From: an uncultured virus (IMG/VR IMGVR_UViG_3300009443_000004)
Taxonomy: Duplodnaviria > Heunggongvirae > Uroviricota > Caudoviricetes
Reading direction: 5' to 3' (one strand)
Virus record (IMG/VR): IMGVR_UViG_3300009443_000004
Span: 1 to 64,000 of that record
Length of the DNA: 64,000 nucleotides
Positions 1 to 12,234 of this stretch are shown here, piece by piece. The notes beneath the pieces are model-generated. The model saw only the letters and a list, made by a program, of their open reading frames with translations, did not search any database and had not been told where the DNA came from. Every line of letters starts with the position of its first letter. Positions within the stretch are counted from its first letter, which is position 1. The position numbers were made by a program, and so were the translations under genes.

Positions 1-2154
1 ATTATCTAAACCTAAAGCAGGATTGCTAGATATATGAGTAAAAGTCATTGGTTTCTCTGTAACAAAACTACTTGCTCCTTCCATATCAAGCATTTGATCT
101 AAAGCCCTATATGGTCTTTTATATAGTTGAGGTGCTCCTTTTGTTGCTTTTACTACTTTACTACCTCTTGATACAAAAGAAGGTATTACAGGTATAGCAG
201 CCATTGCATCAAACCCAGCAGCTAAATAATTACCTTCTTCAAGATTTTTATCTGCTGATTCTGCATATGCTGCCCATGCAACAGGATTAATCACATCATA
301 AGCCATATCAAAAACATTCCTGTTTTCTGCATTAATTGGAATTCTATCAGGTAAACCCTGACCTCTAACTAAATATCCAAGAGAAGTCATTGGACTTGCT
401 AAATAATCACCTGCTTTTTCATACCAAGCTGGTTCTTTATACTGTGATATGGTAGCTCCTTTTTGAGCTTTAGGTAATGCACCACCATATTGAGCCATTT
501 CAGGTTGATCAGAATTATTTACAGCTATTTCATTAAAATACATTTTCATTTTAGGCAATACTTCTTTTTTCTTTTCATCAAAAGTATTTTGAAGGTTTAT
601 CTTTTTTTCAGTATATCCCTCATTTAATTTATTTTTTACCCCACTATATATTACATCTAAAACTTTAGTGGCTATTTTCTTTTTACGTTTGTTTGTTCCA
701 TTGTAATCTTCTAATAAAGAATTATAATCAGAATACTTTTGTTTATCTTTTAAATCATTTTGACTACTATTAAATATAGTATTAAAAGTATCCATATCCA
801 TAGACGGTTCATATTCTGAATTTATTATATTGTTTATTATAAAATCATTATTACGTGAACCAGGTCTTGCGTAAGCTATTTCATCGTTAAGATCCCCTTG
901 CTCTCTTTTAAGTCTTTTGATACCATATTGTATTCTTTCCAACTCTGAATAACCTAGCTTATCTAAATGCATTCTTGCTGCACTTTCAGGGTTAAATCTT
1001 CTACTGCTTAACATTTTATTTAAATTACCTTCACCAAACTCACCCTTAGTGTTATCCCAAATATTGGCATTTTTAAGACTTTGTTCATTCTCAGATCGTA
1101 CAGAACTTATCTCCCAAGGTTTCATAGCCCAACTACCATATTTTTGTCCTTCTTGAGTAAAATAATCCTCACCAAATAAATTAGACAACCAATTTTTATA
1201 TCTTTTACCAGGTATTCTTTCCCAAGTATTTCCTTTATCTACTACTGTAAAGTCTTCTCCTTCTGGTTCAAACAATGGTGAATTCTCTGTATTATATGAA
1301 TGTGCATATTCATGAACTATAGTACCCTTTTCTTTATCAAAAGGTACTACATCACGGTCACCCATAATATAAGGATCTCTCTTGTCTGCTAACTGAATTA
1401 AATATGAGTACTGATCAAACTCAGGAAAATCTGGAGTGGAACCATCTGGATAATCAATATTAAAATTTTTCTGATACAAACCTCTAGCATTTCTATAGTC
1501 AAGTTCTTGACTACTAGAAAAAGGATAGATAAAAGGGGTTATGCCTCTCTTATAACCTTTGTTTGAACTGTGTGTAACAAAAGGCATCTTTACAGCAAAG
1601 TCTGGACCAGCTGCCGTAAAGTCAATTTGTGAATTTATTCTAGATGTTAATTCTTCATCAGATAAATTTTCTCCACTTATATTAAATATATTTTTTTTAT
1701 ATCTTTCTCTAAAAGCTGGTGTTGACAATTTATATAGAAGATCATCTTTTTGCTTTTGAGTATCTATCTTTTCATATTTGTCTTTAGCAAATTCAAAAAG
1801 CTTACCTTCATCATAACCCTTCCTAGTATTTATTTTACCTGTTCTATCATCTATTTCAAACTCTTCCTGAACTGTCTCATCACCATATTGAGCTTTAGGT
1901 ACTTCAAACACTTGATCACCTGGAAACTGATAGTTCATACCTGGCTGCATCATTTGACTATTACCTAAGTTATCTATACCTATAACTGGAAAGTCTACAT
2001 CCTCCATAGTTATATTGCCTGAGTCAATTATATTAAATGGATTATTTAAATCATCACTATAACGTTTATAACCTTCTACTGATATATATTGTGTTATATC
2101 TTGTAAAAACTCATTTGGTCCACCCGGCAATCCTATGCTTTTTTTCTTTCCCAT
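1..2154 (-). CDS. Partial virion cargo/ejection-like protein with HExxH (zincin-like) motif; runs off the window edge
   Basis: ATG at 2154 just after the muzzle gene stop (MGKKKSIGLPGGPNEFLQDITQY...). Spot-checked segments are open to base 1 and the ORF track lists no closed minus ORF here. HEYAH at 1300-1314, AQYG motifs; position after the tail stabilisation gene matches crAss cargo genes. Confidence 0.75.
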   Translation of the reverse strand, partial: MGKKKSIGLPGGPNEFLQDITQYISVEGYKRYSDDLNNPFNIIDSGNITMEDVDFPVIGIDNLGNSQMMQPGMNYQFPGDQVFEVPKAQYGDETVQEEFEIDDRTGKINTRKGYDEGKLFEFAKDKYEKIDTQKQKDDLLYKLSTPAFRERYKKNIFNISGENLSDEELTSRINSQIDFTAAGPDFAVKMPFVTHSSNKGYKRGITPFIYPFSSSQELDYRNARGLYQKNFNIDYPDGSTPDFPEFDQYSYLIQLADKRDPYIMGDRDVVPFDKEKGTIVHEYAHSYNTENSPLFEPEGEDFTVVDKGNTWERIPGKRYKNWLSNLFGEDYFTQEGQKYGSWAMKPWEISSVRSENEQSLKNANIWDNTKGEFGEGNLNKMLSSRRFNPESAARMHLDKLGYSELERIQYGIKRLKREQGDLNDEIAYARPGSRNNDFIINNIINSEYEPSMDMDTFNTIFNSSQNDLKDKQKYSDYNSLLEDYNGTNKRKKKIATKVLDVIYSGVKNKLNEGYTEKKINLQNTFDEKKKEVLPKMKMYFNEIAVNNSDQPEMAQYGGALPKAQKGATISQYKEPAWYEKAGDYLASPMTSLGYLVRGQGLPDRIPINAENRNVFDMAYDVINPVAWAAYAESADKNLEEGNYLAAGFDAMAAIPVIPSFVSRGSKVVKATKGAPQLYKRPYRALDQMLDMEGASSFVTEKPMTFTHISSNPALGLDN

Positions 2155-2155
2155 G

Positions 2156-5100
2156 TTATCTCTGTGATAATAATAATTTAGTATTCTCTAATCTTAATAG
2201 CATTTTTTTATTTCCTGATACTTGTCTTCTAAGTAAAACATGATTAGAATAATGTCTAAACTTTTTTCTTTGAGTTTCAGGTTTAAAGTAATTAAGATTT
2301 GTTTGGTTTAGTGGTCTAGTATACCCATTGCATTGAGTGTTAAAGACAGATTGCTCTGCATTAGTAAACTCACCTCTATCATTAGTAATATCCCAGAATT
2401 GGTTTATTCTAAATTTATGTTCTACTTTAGATGCTAACACTGTCATATCATTAGCAGTTACTATGGGGTATGTTAATTCACCCCATGGATTATTAAATGG
2501 CTGTGAAGTAATATTTAATAAACCTGATACCTGATCATTATTATAAATAATAGCTTTATCAAAGTTAAATAGTAAATCTTCATATTTATCACCACCACAC
2601 ATATTATACTCTGGCTCACCTTTGTATATATATGTTTCTAATTGATATTCTATACTTCTTATAGTATTTACTTGCTGACCAGTGTTGTTAATTAATTCTA
2701 CTTCCCAAGCATAATTATCACCATAATAATTTGCAAATAAATCACATCTAACATTATGTCTCCAAAATGACCCTACTTTATAGTTAGCTTGTACAAAATC
2801 AGCATAGTAGTAATTACATTCTGGCGGAGTTGGATCAACCCAATTAGGATCACCTATTAAACCTAATTCAGGAAATGTATCTGGACAAGTTCCAAGTGTA
2901 GTTGTTGTTGTGCCTACGGGTCCTGGAGGACAATCCTCACACTCTACCTTTCTACAAACAGGTGGATTTATATCATCACATGTTCCTGTAGCATCCGTAT
3001 AGAATCCATTAGTAGCATTAGGATATACTAGTGTATAGCCTGCTGGGCAATCACAACTAAATGGAATAGTACAAACTTGATTTGCTATTTGTTGTGCTGT
3101 AGCCTGCAATGATGCTGGAACACTTGCATTCATTATAAATTGATTTGGTCCAGGTGTTATTGGAGGACCTGGATTATAGTATGCATTAGCAGGACCTGCA
3201 CCAGCACCAACTGTTATTTGATCAATAATAGTTGCATTACCTGGACCATTTGCATTTGGACTTACAAACACAGACATCAACTCTTGGTTAACTGGGCCAC
3301 CTGCTCCAGGTATAACATTTGCACTTTGCAAAGAATTAAAACTTTGTGGAGTTAATATGTTGTTACCCGAAGTAATTGCATTACCATCTGTTACTACAAT
3401 TAAAATTTGTCTAAAGAAAGGATCAGCACTTCTTGCTGGATAATTAGCAGCATAAGCTGATCCAGCTTTATTATTAAGCTGTGTTAATCCATTGTTTCTT
3501 GCAAGTTGTGCATTGGTCTGACCACCTATACCATTTTGACTTGTCCAGTTATTTTGAAACCATGTTCTTGCTTGAGCTCCAGTAACAGCTCCTAACATAG
3601 ACTCTCCTGTACCAGTTGGATTTGCTTGAGCTGAACCAGTTGCCCAAGCTAAAAACCCTATCTGCATAGTATTTGCAGTTAATGCTGCTTGTATAGCAGG
3701 ATCATCTATAAAAGCCACCAACCATGTTAATTCTCCATCTGCTAAACTGTTTTGACCAGGGTTTGGATTACCTGTACTACCAGATGCATCTATAGCAATT
3801 ACAATATCTAATAAACAATTTTGTGGACCACCTGTAACTGTTGCAGGTATATCTTCTACTGTCACTGTTTGTGGCTCAGTAATATTTATAATGTTTTCAC
3901 ATTGACCTGTTGTAGAATTAAATGTATATCCTGGAGGGCAAATAGGTACTTCACTATCAATTGTTTTAGTAGTAAAGAAATGATTAATACTTGGTAATGC
4001 AAACTCAGGATGCCAGTCGTGGAATGATATCCATGCGTTAGCTTTAATGTCATAACTTATAGTCCAAGAACAATCATTAAAATAAATTGGATCACCTATA
4101 GCTACAGGTATATCCTTTACTTGCCAAGGTACATCAATCCTTACTGGTAAACTTAAATCATCAGAAAATGTTGCTTTATTAGCCCACTCAGATTTTAATG
4201 AAAAATCTTTCTTCATAAAATAGACTATATCATCATTAGGATCATACATAACTTGACAACCTACTCCTACTACAGGATTGTCAACCCATTCTGTACCTTC
4301 TGATTGTGGAAATTGTTTTATAAACCTTGATGGTAAATATTTATTAAACCACCATTTCATACCTTGATTAGATATAGCATTTAATCCTTTACCAGGTGTA
4401 AATTGGAATATCTTACCTTGAGCTTGAGAAATATAAAATAATCCAGCTGGTGTATTTATAATACCTCTCTGACTTTCCAATGATCCATATTCATTGCTTA
4501 AATCAGAATTAACTATATTCATTAACTTCTGTTTAAACAATGCCCCGTCTCCTACTGATACTAATGTATTTACATCTGTTTTTAATTGGAAAGATCCATC
4601 AAACATTTGAGGTGATTGATATGGAAAAAATATTACTGCCCCATTTTTATTAAATGGTTTTATAACTGAAACTATATTTTTAAAATCTTTATAGTTAGCA
4701 AATAAATATTGTCTCCAATAATCTTTTCTATCTTCTTCATTAGCTTGTAAAGAATAGATTAATCTCTTTGGGTAAGCTGTATAACAAGTTTCTGCAACCA
4801 AAGGGTTATAGTCTCTTGGTTGTATCTCAGCAAAGTTTGTGTTTTGTGTTATAAACTTTGATGGGCTAAGTGATTCATCATACTTATAAAAATTATCAAA
4901 CTTCTGTATCTCAGCATGAAATAAATCTCCTAAATCATTATATTCATATGTATCATAAAACCTTCTTTCTTTAGGTTCTTCCCAATCTCTATAAGCTATA
5001 TTAATTTCTGTCTCAACATAAAAATCATTTATACCATTCACATGAGTATACATGTATGCATGATTCATTGCAAAAGTATAATTTAAATTATCCGTATTAA

Positions 5101-8100
5101 AAAGAGTTAAAGGAAAAAAGTCCCATCCACAAGTAGCACCTCTATCTAAATAGTAATAGTCATTTGGTAAATCATTACTATTTGGATTAAATATACCACT
5201 TAAACCAAATGTAGATACCAACTCTGCTAATGATCCTAAATCATACTTTCTACTATTAACCCAATATCTTGGATAAGGAATATTATATCTTAAAAAATAA
5301 TCAAATGGATAACCATCATATTGCCCTATTAAAAAATCTGTAAATAAAGGCATTATACATTTCTCAGTATATCTACCAATAAATACATCACCACTAAATA
5401 CAGGTGAGCTGGTATACTTAAAGTCTACAGGATTTGTTTGATCAAGATTATTAACACAACCTCTCATTTGAACTTGCTTAATACCATCAAGTTGACCATA
5501 TTGATTATCCATATTAAATTTAAGTGCACCGTAAAGTGCAGATATATTTGATCCCCATGGACCTTCTGGATTTAATAATCTGTTTTCTACATCTAGCCAA
5601 TTGACTCCTGAAGCAGCATTTGTGTTAGATGGACAATATCCACCTAATGTAAATCTTGAATTATCTTGAACTGCATAAAGGCTAGAATCAATAGGATCTA
5701 CTGTAGATACTGCAACTGTGTTTGGTCTAAATAAATTATTTATTTTATATTGATTTTGATCAAATGTTTGAAATGATGAACCAATATAGTTTGCAGCTTC
5801 ATTTAAAGTTCTATATGTGGTATTTATTGAACCAGCACTAAAGTTACTATAAAATCCATGTGAGTTGTATTTTAAAGTGTGTTCTTCAAAACTAGTTAAA
5901 TTATAAATAAGATCAATAATTTCTTGTCCTCCAACAGCAATGTTTTTCTGTAGCATTGTAGTAGACATTGCTATTCTAAATACTCTTGATAAGTTTGACT
6001 CTGAGCTGTCTAAAGTAACACCTTGCTGAGCACCACCACCCATAAGACCCATACCATTCTGTGGCCCTTGTGTAGTTGCTTCAATATTGTCTATTGCTTG
6101 TTCTTCTAATCTATCTTTTAATGTATTATCAACACCTAGACCTTGTAATAAGTTATCTACTCCATCACCAAATAATTCTCCAAGAAAATTTAATATATTA
6201 AATGGTCCTCCACCAGAAGTTTGTGTATTAACATAATTATTAATTGCATCATGTGCACCAGTTTCTGCATCAGGACCTTTTTGATTATTAGTATTATTTT
6301 GCCCAGTATTATCTGTACCACCACCACTAGCATTAAAACTATCTGTTGAAGTACCACCACCACCTGGTGTAACTACTGTTGCAGTTAAAAATTCAGTGAT
6401 GTTAAGATTTTTAAATTTAAGCAACCATTCAGGAAATGCATTATTAATAGCCTGAGTAGGTAAAGCTTTAGTATCTGGTGTACCATTAATATTTCTAAAG
6501 GCATAACCAATACCTATAATAGCAGATAAATATGATGTAATATTTCTAAGTAGTTTTTGCTGTGGATGTTTTTCAGAAGGTATAAAACCACCTTGTGCTT
6601 TACCATTTATCTGACCATAGAATACAGTTTCATATGCATTTAAATATGGTTTAGTAAACATTAAATCAGGTGAGTGGAATGTAAATACATCTTCAGTAAA
6701 ACCACATAATGCATTGTACTCTTGAACTGATGCTTGTACACCAGGATCACATCCTTCTGTTCTTCTATGTGTAGTATGATATACATCACACCTTAAATCA
6801 TTATATGGGTAATTAGGATACAAACCTTGTGCATTACCTAATAAATTTTGATCAGCTGGTACATCATACTTACGCATGTTTTTAAACATACCTTTTGCAA
6901 GAACAGTTTTGTTTCCTAACCTTGAACCTCTTAATACTTCATAACCCTGAATATTTAAAATTGGTGTGCCATCATTATATAATGGTCTTTTTATATTTGA
7001 AAACTCCACCCCTAAAATACGTATACCACTATCATTATTATCAGATATAGTTAATAGAGGATCTATCATTTCACTAGGCATTTTGTGATGCCTAATAAAC
7101 TCACCACATAATTCAGCACTAGGATCAAACTCATTTGACCAAGTGTGTGAACTTGAATTCCAAATTTCTGGAGTTTTATCAGGATATCTTTCTGTTGATT
7201 CCCAATAACCCATTTGACCCCTAGCTATAATATTACTACCATCAGGCTGAGGTTCTATTGGTACAGCACCACCTGAAGCTGTATTATAAACTTTAAATAC
7301 TGGGTCACCTGCTGGATCTAATACATTAGTACCATATATAATTTCTCTTTCATTTTCATCTACCCCATTAGGCAAAGTATAATCCTGAGGACCTCTGCCT
7401 GGTATGTGATAGGATGAAGATCTTTCTCCAGTATTATATATCCATCTTATAAAAAAGGCATATTGCTCATCACGCATAAACCCAATCTTGTTGCCGGCAT
7501 TTATATAATAATCTTGAGTAACTTCATTTATAACCCAGTTTGTTCTAATGTTATTAGCCAAAGGCTGATAATTAAAATCAAACTGCTCAGTTGGTCCTTG
7601 TCTAATTAAATAATCATTTACCACATACATGGCTTCTGATTTTTCATACAAAGGAGATTGTCTAAATAAATCTTCAAATGAAATAGATATTAATGCTTGA
7701 TCAATATAATCTATATTAATACTAGCAACTTCAGTACTGTAGTTACCTATTCTTTTTGTATATATTTGACCTTGTTGTCTTATCAAAAGAACTAAATCAA
7801 AATAAAAATAATCTTTGTCTAAATTGCTTAATGCAATATCTAATGAACCACCACTACCTCTATGTGACCATAAAGTCTGGATATTAGATATACCTATATA
7901 GTCTGATATAACCTGATCATTTTCTGTATAAGCTATATAAGCTTGATATGCTCCATTTTATAAAGTACCTCCATCAGTAGCTTTTGTAAGTTGTAGACAT
8001 GGAGTATCAACTAAAGGATGTAACCTTATCTTTTCACAATCTAAAAAAGTTGTGTCCTCATATATAACACAAGGTTCACCATCAAGATCAGGTCCTGAAA

Positions 8101-8614
8101 CAAGTTCTTGAATATAAGGTACATTGTCAATATTCATTGAGCGTGATGGATTAAGACCATCATCCCAATATACTTGCCAGGTACAATCAAAATTTTCTTT
8201 TGCTGCCCCTGTAATTAAATGTTTCTTTTTAAAATTTAAACATGGGTCATTTACTATAACTTCATATTTACATTCACTATCATCAAATCTTCCTATCTCA
8301 CTACTAATACCATCAGTTGAATATACAACCCATTCATCTGCATATCTATGTATTGCACCTATAATTGTATAAGGTATTACTCCGCATTGTAAATTAGCTG
8401 GCTCATTACCAATAACACCTATGTCACCATCACTACTATTATTTGCAGCATTTATTGCATGATACCAAGAATTATTAGGCTCAAATGAGGGCGTAATATC
8501 CTTGTTCATTCCTTTTGAGAATGTGTTTGTTGAAACAGAGGAGCTATTTTTCCTTTGAGGTGCTTTCCTTTGTGTTGGTGCTTTTGATTTAGATGTTGCC
8601 TTCTTTTTTGCCAT
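2156..8614 (-). CDS. Tail stabilisation/muzzle protein (crAss Tstab-like), ~2150 codons, interrupted by one in-frame TAA at 7958-7960; carries a vWA insertion
   Basis: ORFs 7958..8620 and 2156..7786 share a frame and the intervening 57 codons are open (GGTL*NGAYQAYIAY...DLVLLIRQQG). N-terminal FSKGMNKD and C-terminal WTISYD..W.SFHDWHP motifs and synteny fit crAss stabilisation proteins. Confidence 0.8.
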
Positions 8615-8633
8615 TACCAATAAATGTTGTTAA

Positions 8634-9593
8634 TTAATTACAAGTTGATGTAGAAGTAGTTGATGAAGTACCATCACTACTAACAACAGCTGGACCGGCT
8701 AACCTTGGATTAACAGGAGCATAGCTTAAGAACATATTATAATAATTATGATATTGTGCTCTTCTATTAACCTCCCACATTTTTCTCATCTCTCTAAAGT
8801 CTGGTGTATTAACAAAACTCAAAGCATTATTTCTAGCAGCTCTTAATCTTTGTTCTACTAAACCTAATTGCTGAGAAACATTTTCTCCTTGCCAAACCAT
8901 ATTTTCTAATATTCTTTGTTTTAAAGCATATTCATAATATTCATTACAATATGGTTGATCCAATACTAATAAATCTCCATCAGCATTTTCCATAGAGCCC
9001 TGGTAACTTATATATACTTTCCCAGTTTTAAATGTAGTTATCAAAAATCCGTCTTTTATTTCTGCTATGTCTAATGCTTGAGCACCTAGACCAGGACAAA
9101 AACATGTTGGATCATTTACATTACTTATCCTCAATTGTGTCCAACTACTAAACTGTCTGTATTGACTAGGACCAACTCTTTGTACTAATTGATAGCTATC
9201 AGTATCATTACATGTTTTAATAACACAAACATCTTTACATGTGTCGTCTGTACTACATGGTGCTTTCTCTGAAGGTGCTGGTACATAAGGCACATCATTA
9301 AATGTTTCTACATGTGTTCCAGATGGCATAGAATTATTTACTGTATATGATCCACATCTAAATGCATAATTTATATATGCAAAATCCATAGGTAATTGTG
9401 CTTTACCATGTTCTACATCTATGACTGTTTGCTTTGTTCTATGTATTTTTAATCCTAAATCATAATTAACCCGTGTTGCAACTTTAATGAGTTGTTGAGG
9501 TTCTATCATGCCTTCTAATGCATAATTAGAAAAATCAATGGAAACATCTTCCATCAATTGACTGAATGTTCTATATTTATTTGATACTCCCAT
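8634..9593 (-). CDS. Tail tubular/ring protein (crAss Ttub-like)
   Basis: 319-aa ORF directly upstream of the stabilisation gene; synteny. Confidence 0.6.
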   Translation of the reverse strand: MGVSNKYRTFSQLMEDVSIDFSNYALEGMIEPQQLIKVATRVNYDLGLKIHRTKQTVIDVEHGKAQLPMDFAYINYAFRCGSYTVNNSMPSGTHVETFNDVPYVPAPSEKAPCSTDDTCKDVCVIKTCNDTDSYQLVQRVGPSQYRQFSSWTQLRISNVNDPTCFCPGLGAQALDIAEIKDGFLITTFKTGKVYISYQGSMENADGDLLVLDQPYCNEYYEYALKQRILENMVWQGENVSQQLGLVEQRLRAARNNALSFVNTPDFREMRKMWEVNRRAQYHNYYNMFLSYAPVNPRLAGPAVVSSDGTSSTTSTSTCN

Positions 9594-10267
9594 TATTGTC
9601 TATTTATATTACGTTTGTTGTCTGAATCCTCAGAAGGGATTTGCATTGTGCCCATCATAGTTTGAATAACTGATGCTTCTATTTCAGCAAATAATGCTTC
9701 TGGAATATAAATAGGTTGTTCATATCTTGGCGTACAGTCATCTTCAGTATCACAGTTCCATCTGGTTATATCAGAATTAAAAACTCCTTCTACTTTTAAT
9801 GCATCCCATGCAATATTAGGAGAATATATATAACCATCTAACCACCAGAAATATAATGTCTTATTATATCTAAAGCTTGTTGTCTTTGTCATTGATGTGT
9901 ATGTTCCAGGCTGAGTTGCCTGTAACTCTTGTGATCCATCTATAGAACTAATAGTACGGATCAATGGACCCCAGTAACCTTCTATCATATCAGGAAGTCT
10001 ATGTTTTGTACGTTTTATAGTACATCCACTTTGAATTCCACTACATCCTGCTTCAACTTTATCTACTTCTATTAATTCTACATAAGGTAATGTTTTCCAA
10101 ACAGAATTAAACTTCATTAGCTTGTTTGCATAGTCTTGCCTTCTCATTAAAACTTGAGCAAACTTTTCAACCAAACTATAAATATATCTATCTGTAATAA
10201 ATGCATCCTGTACCTCGGCTTTAACCTGACCTCTTATTCTTGATACTACTTCTGCTATTGTTGACAT
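9593..10267 (-). CDS. Putative tail ring protein
   Basis: 224-aa ORF coupled to its neighbour; synteny with crAss ring genes. Confidence 0.5.
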   Translation of the reverse strand: MSTIAEVVSRIRGQVKAEVQDAFITDRYIYSLVEKFAQVLMRRQDYANKLMKFNSVWKTLPYVELIEVDKVEAGCSGIQSGCTIKRTKHRLPDMIEGYWGPLIRTISSIDGSQELQATQPGTYTSMTKTTSFRYNKTLYFWWLDGYIYSPNIAWDALKVEGVFNSDITRWNCDTEDDCTPRYEQPIYIPEALFAEIEASVIQTMMGTMQIPSEDSDNKRNINRQ

Positions 10268-10272
10268 GTTAT

Positions 10273-10839
10273 TTATATTTCAAATTCATTATACTTTTTT
10301 AGAGCATGTTTGGTTTTTTCTGCTTGCTCATCATAAAGATGTGCTACTCTATATTTATTTTTCATAACCACATACTTTGTCCAATTTAAAGGGTAATGTT
10401 TAGCAACTGATCTTTTAAAATTTCTACAAGCTTTAAATCTCCATAAATCTCTATTCTTAAATCTATATTTTGCAGACCAGTTTGTATAAAATATTTTACC
10501 TATATTACCATCCGTTTCCCAATTTTTATTCTGTAAGACCTTGCCATATTTTTTTGACAGAGCATAATCAGTATTAACAGATTGTGAATTAGGACATGTT
10601 CCAATAAACAAATACCCCAATGAATCTGGTAATTCTACTCCGTCTCTATTAGATATTGCTGCCTTCCATAAATTTTCATTATATGTTTTAATTATTAACT
10701 TTAATTTCTTATTATCTATCTCAGAGTATAAAGGTTTCTTATCTTTAAACTCTCTATATGTTTCTTCATTTAATATACCTAATCTTTTTTGCCTATATCT
10801 TGGAGCATTTAAATTAGGTTTTTTAAAATTATTTATCAT
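10273..10839 (-). CDS. IHF/HU-like basic DNA-binding protein
   Basis: Basic 188 aa, GVELPDSLGYLFI motif; IHF-like genes sit at this position in crAss-like phages. Confidence 0.5.
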   Translation of the reverse strand: MINNFKKPNLNAPRYRQKRLGILNEETYREFKDKKPLYSEIDNKKLKLIIKTYNENLWKAAISNRDGVELPDSLGYLFIGTCPNSQSVNTDYALSKKYGKVLQNKNWETDGNIGKIFYTNWSAKYRFKNRDLWRFKACRNFKRSVAKHYPLNWTKYVVMKNKYRVAHLYDEQAEKTKHALKKYNEFEI

Positions 10840-10860
10840 ACGGTTACATTTATAATTTAC

Positions 10861-10898
10861 AAAAAAAACCCCACTTAATGAAATTAAAAGTGGAGTCT
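10861..10898 (-). terminator. Intrinsic terminator
   Basis: CCACTT/AAGTGG stem followed by a T-run on the minus strand. Confidence 0.6.
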
Positions 10899-12122
10899 TT
10901 ACAAAGCTTGGTAGGTTAATTCACATATATTTCCCATTGTAGGATGTTGAATCTCTAATTTACCTGATCTCCTATTACCTACATATTTATTACTATAGTG
11001 ATAATAATCAGTCTTACCTAAACTAGGAAGAGTCTTTTCTATGAACCCGGCTGTCTCATTAGAAGTCATATATTCCACCTTCCTATCTGTATGTATATGA
11101 CCTTTAAACAGTGTTCTATTAATAGTAGTACCCCATTCTCTTGGATACTCTGTAGCATATATTAGAGGATTGTTTTTACTTCTTTTATCTCCATGCTCAA
11201 ATGCATTAAAATTATTATGCCATACATGAACTTTTCTTTCTTCATACTTAGTATCCCAAGTTATTTCATCACTATCAATTGATTTAGATAGTGCATGAAC
11301 TAAATGAAAAGATGATAACCTATCATGATTACCTGGTACATATACTACTACTAAATCTTTACAAAATGCTTTTATATAATTGATAGCCCAATGCATAGCA
11401 TCAAATGCTTGCACATAAGCCTCTGTAGCTGTCATACAGTTGTCTAAACCTGTTCCGCTAGTAGTAGTGCCCTCAAAGGTATCCATGTTGATTAAATCAC
11501 CTCCTACAACAAAGTACATTCTTTCCATATAATGCACTGGTGCAGCCTTACCTATCAAATATTTAATGGTATCTTCAAAATCTTTATCTATTGTATCATT
11601 ACCTTCTTTACCAAAATGTATATCCTGTAATGATATAACACCACATACAGGATCCAAATTATTACGTGATTTTAAATTAAACTTTGGAAGCTTGTGTTTT
11701 TTAGGTTCCCAAACATCCAATAAATTTTTAAAAAGATTTTCTTCTTGATCTTTTAGTTTAGTAACCAATGCAGATACTCTCCAGTGATCACCCATTTGTT
11801 TATTCCAATACTGTGATAACTTCCACTTATCTGTATCAATTTTAAGTAGTTGTATAATTTCTTCTGCACTTTTAGGTTCATGATCAAATGTACCTGATAT
11901 CTTTCCTTCTCCTTTATCTAAATCTATTGATTCTACAAGCTGTGAGTTATCAGCAGCTTTATGAAAGAACTTACTTCTTTTTCTATCTTTTTTTCTTTCA
12001 TGTAATACTTCCTTTTTAATTCTTATATAATCATCTTCATCCATGTCACAACGTTCAGCAGATATACTACTATTCTTTTTCCATTTCAGTGAGTTGATTA
12101 CTTTCTGTTTTAGAATGTCCAT
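10899..12122 (-). CDS. Calcineurin-like metallophosphoesterase
   Basis: Motifs DIH, GDLIN, GNHD, HGD, GHIH. Confidence 0.85.
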   Translation of the reverse strand: MDILKQKVINSLKWKKNSSISAERCDMDEDDYIRIKKEVLHERKKDRKRSKFFHKAADNSQLVESIDLDKGEGKISGTFDHEPKSAEEIIQLLKIDTDKWKLSQYWNKQMGDHWRVSALVTKLKDQEENLFKNLLDVWEPKKHKLPKFNLKSRNNLDPVCGVISLQDIHFGKEGNDTIDKDFEDTIKYLIGKAAPVHYMERMYFVVGGDLINMDTFEGTTTSGTGLDNCMTATEAYVQAFDAMHWAINYIKAFCKDLVVVYVPGNHDRLSSFHLVHALSKSIDSDEITWDTKYEERKVHVWHNNFNAFEHGDKRSKNNPLIYATEYPREWGTTINRTLFKGHIHTDRKVEYMTSNETAGFIEKTLPSLGKTDYYHYSNKYVGNRRSGKLEIQHPTMGNICELTYQAL

Positions 12123-12150
12123 ATGCTAATTTATTTTTGTATAAAGATAT

Positions 12151-12186
12151 AAAAAAAAAAGAGACTGGGGTAATACCCAGCCTCTC
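12151..12186 (-). terminator. Intrinsic terminator
   Basis: Minus strand GAGAGGCTGGG-TATTAC-CCCAGTCTC followed by T10. Confidence 0.75.
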
Positions 12187-12234
12187 CCAACGTTTGCAGT
12201 AGAAAACCAACAAACCACTACAGTTGTTTTTTTG

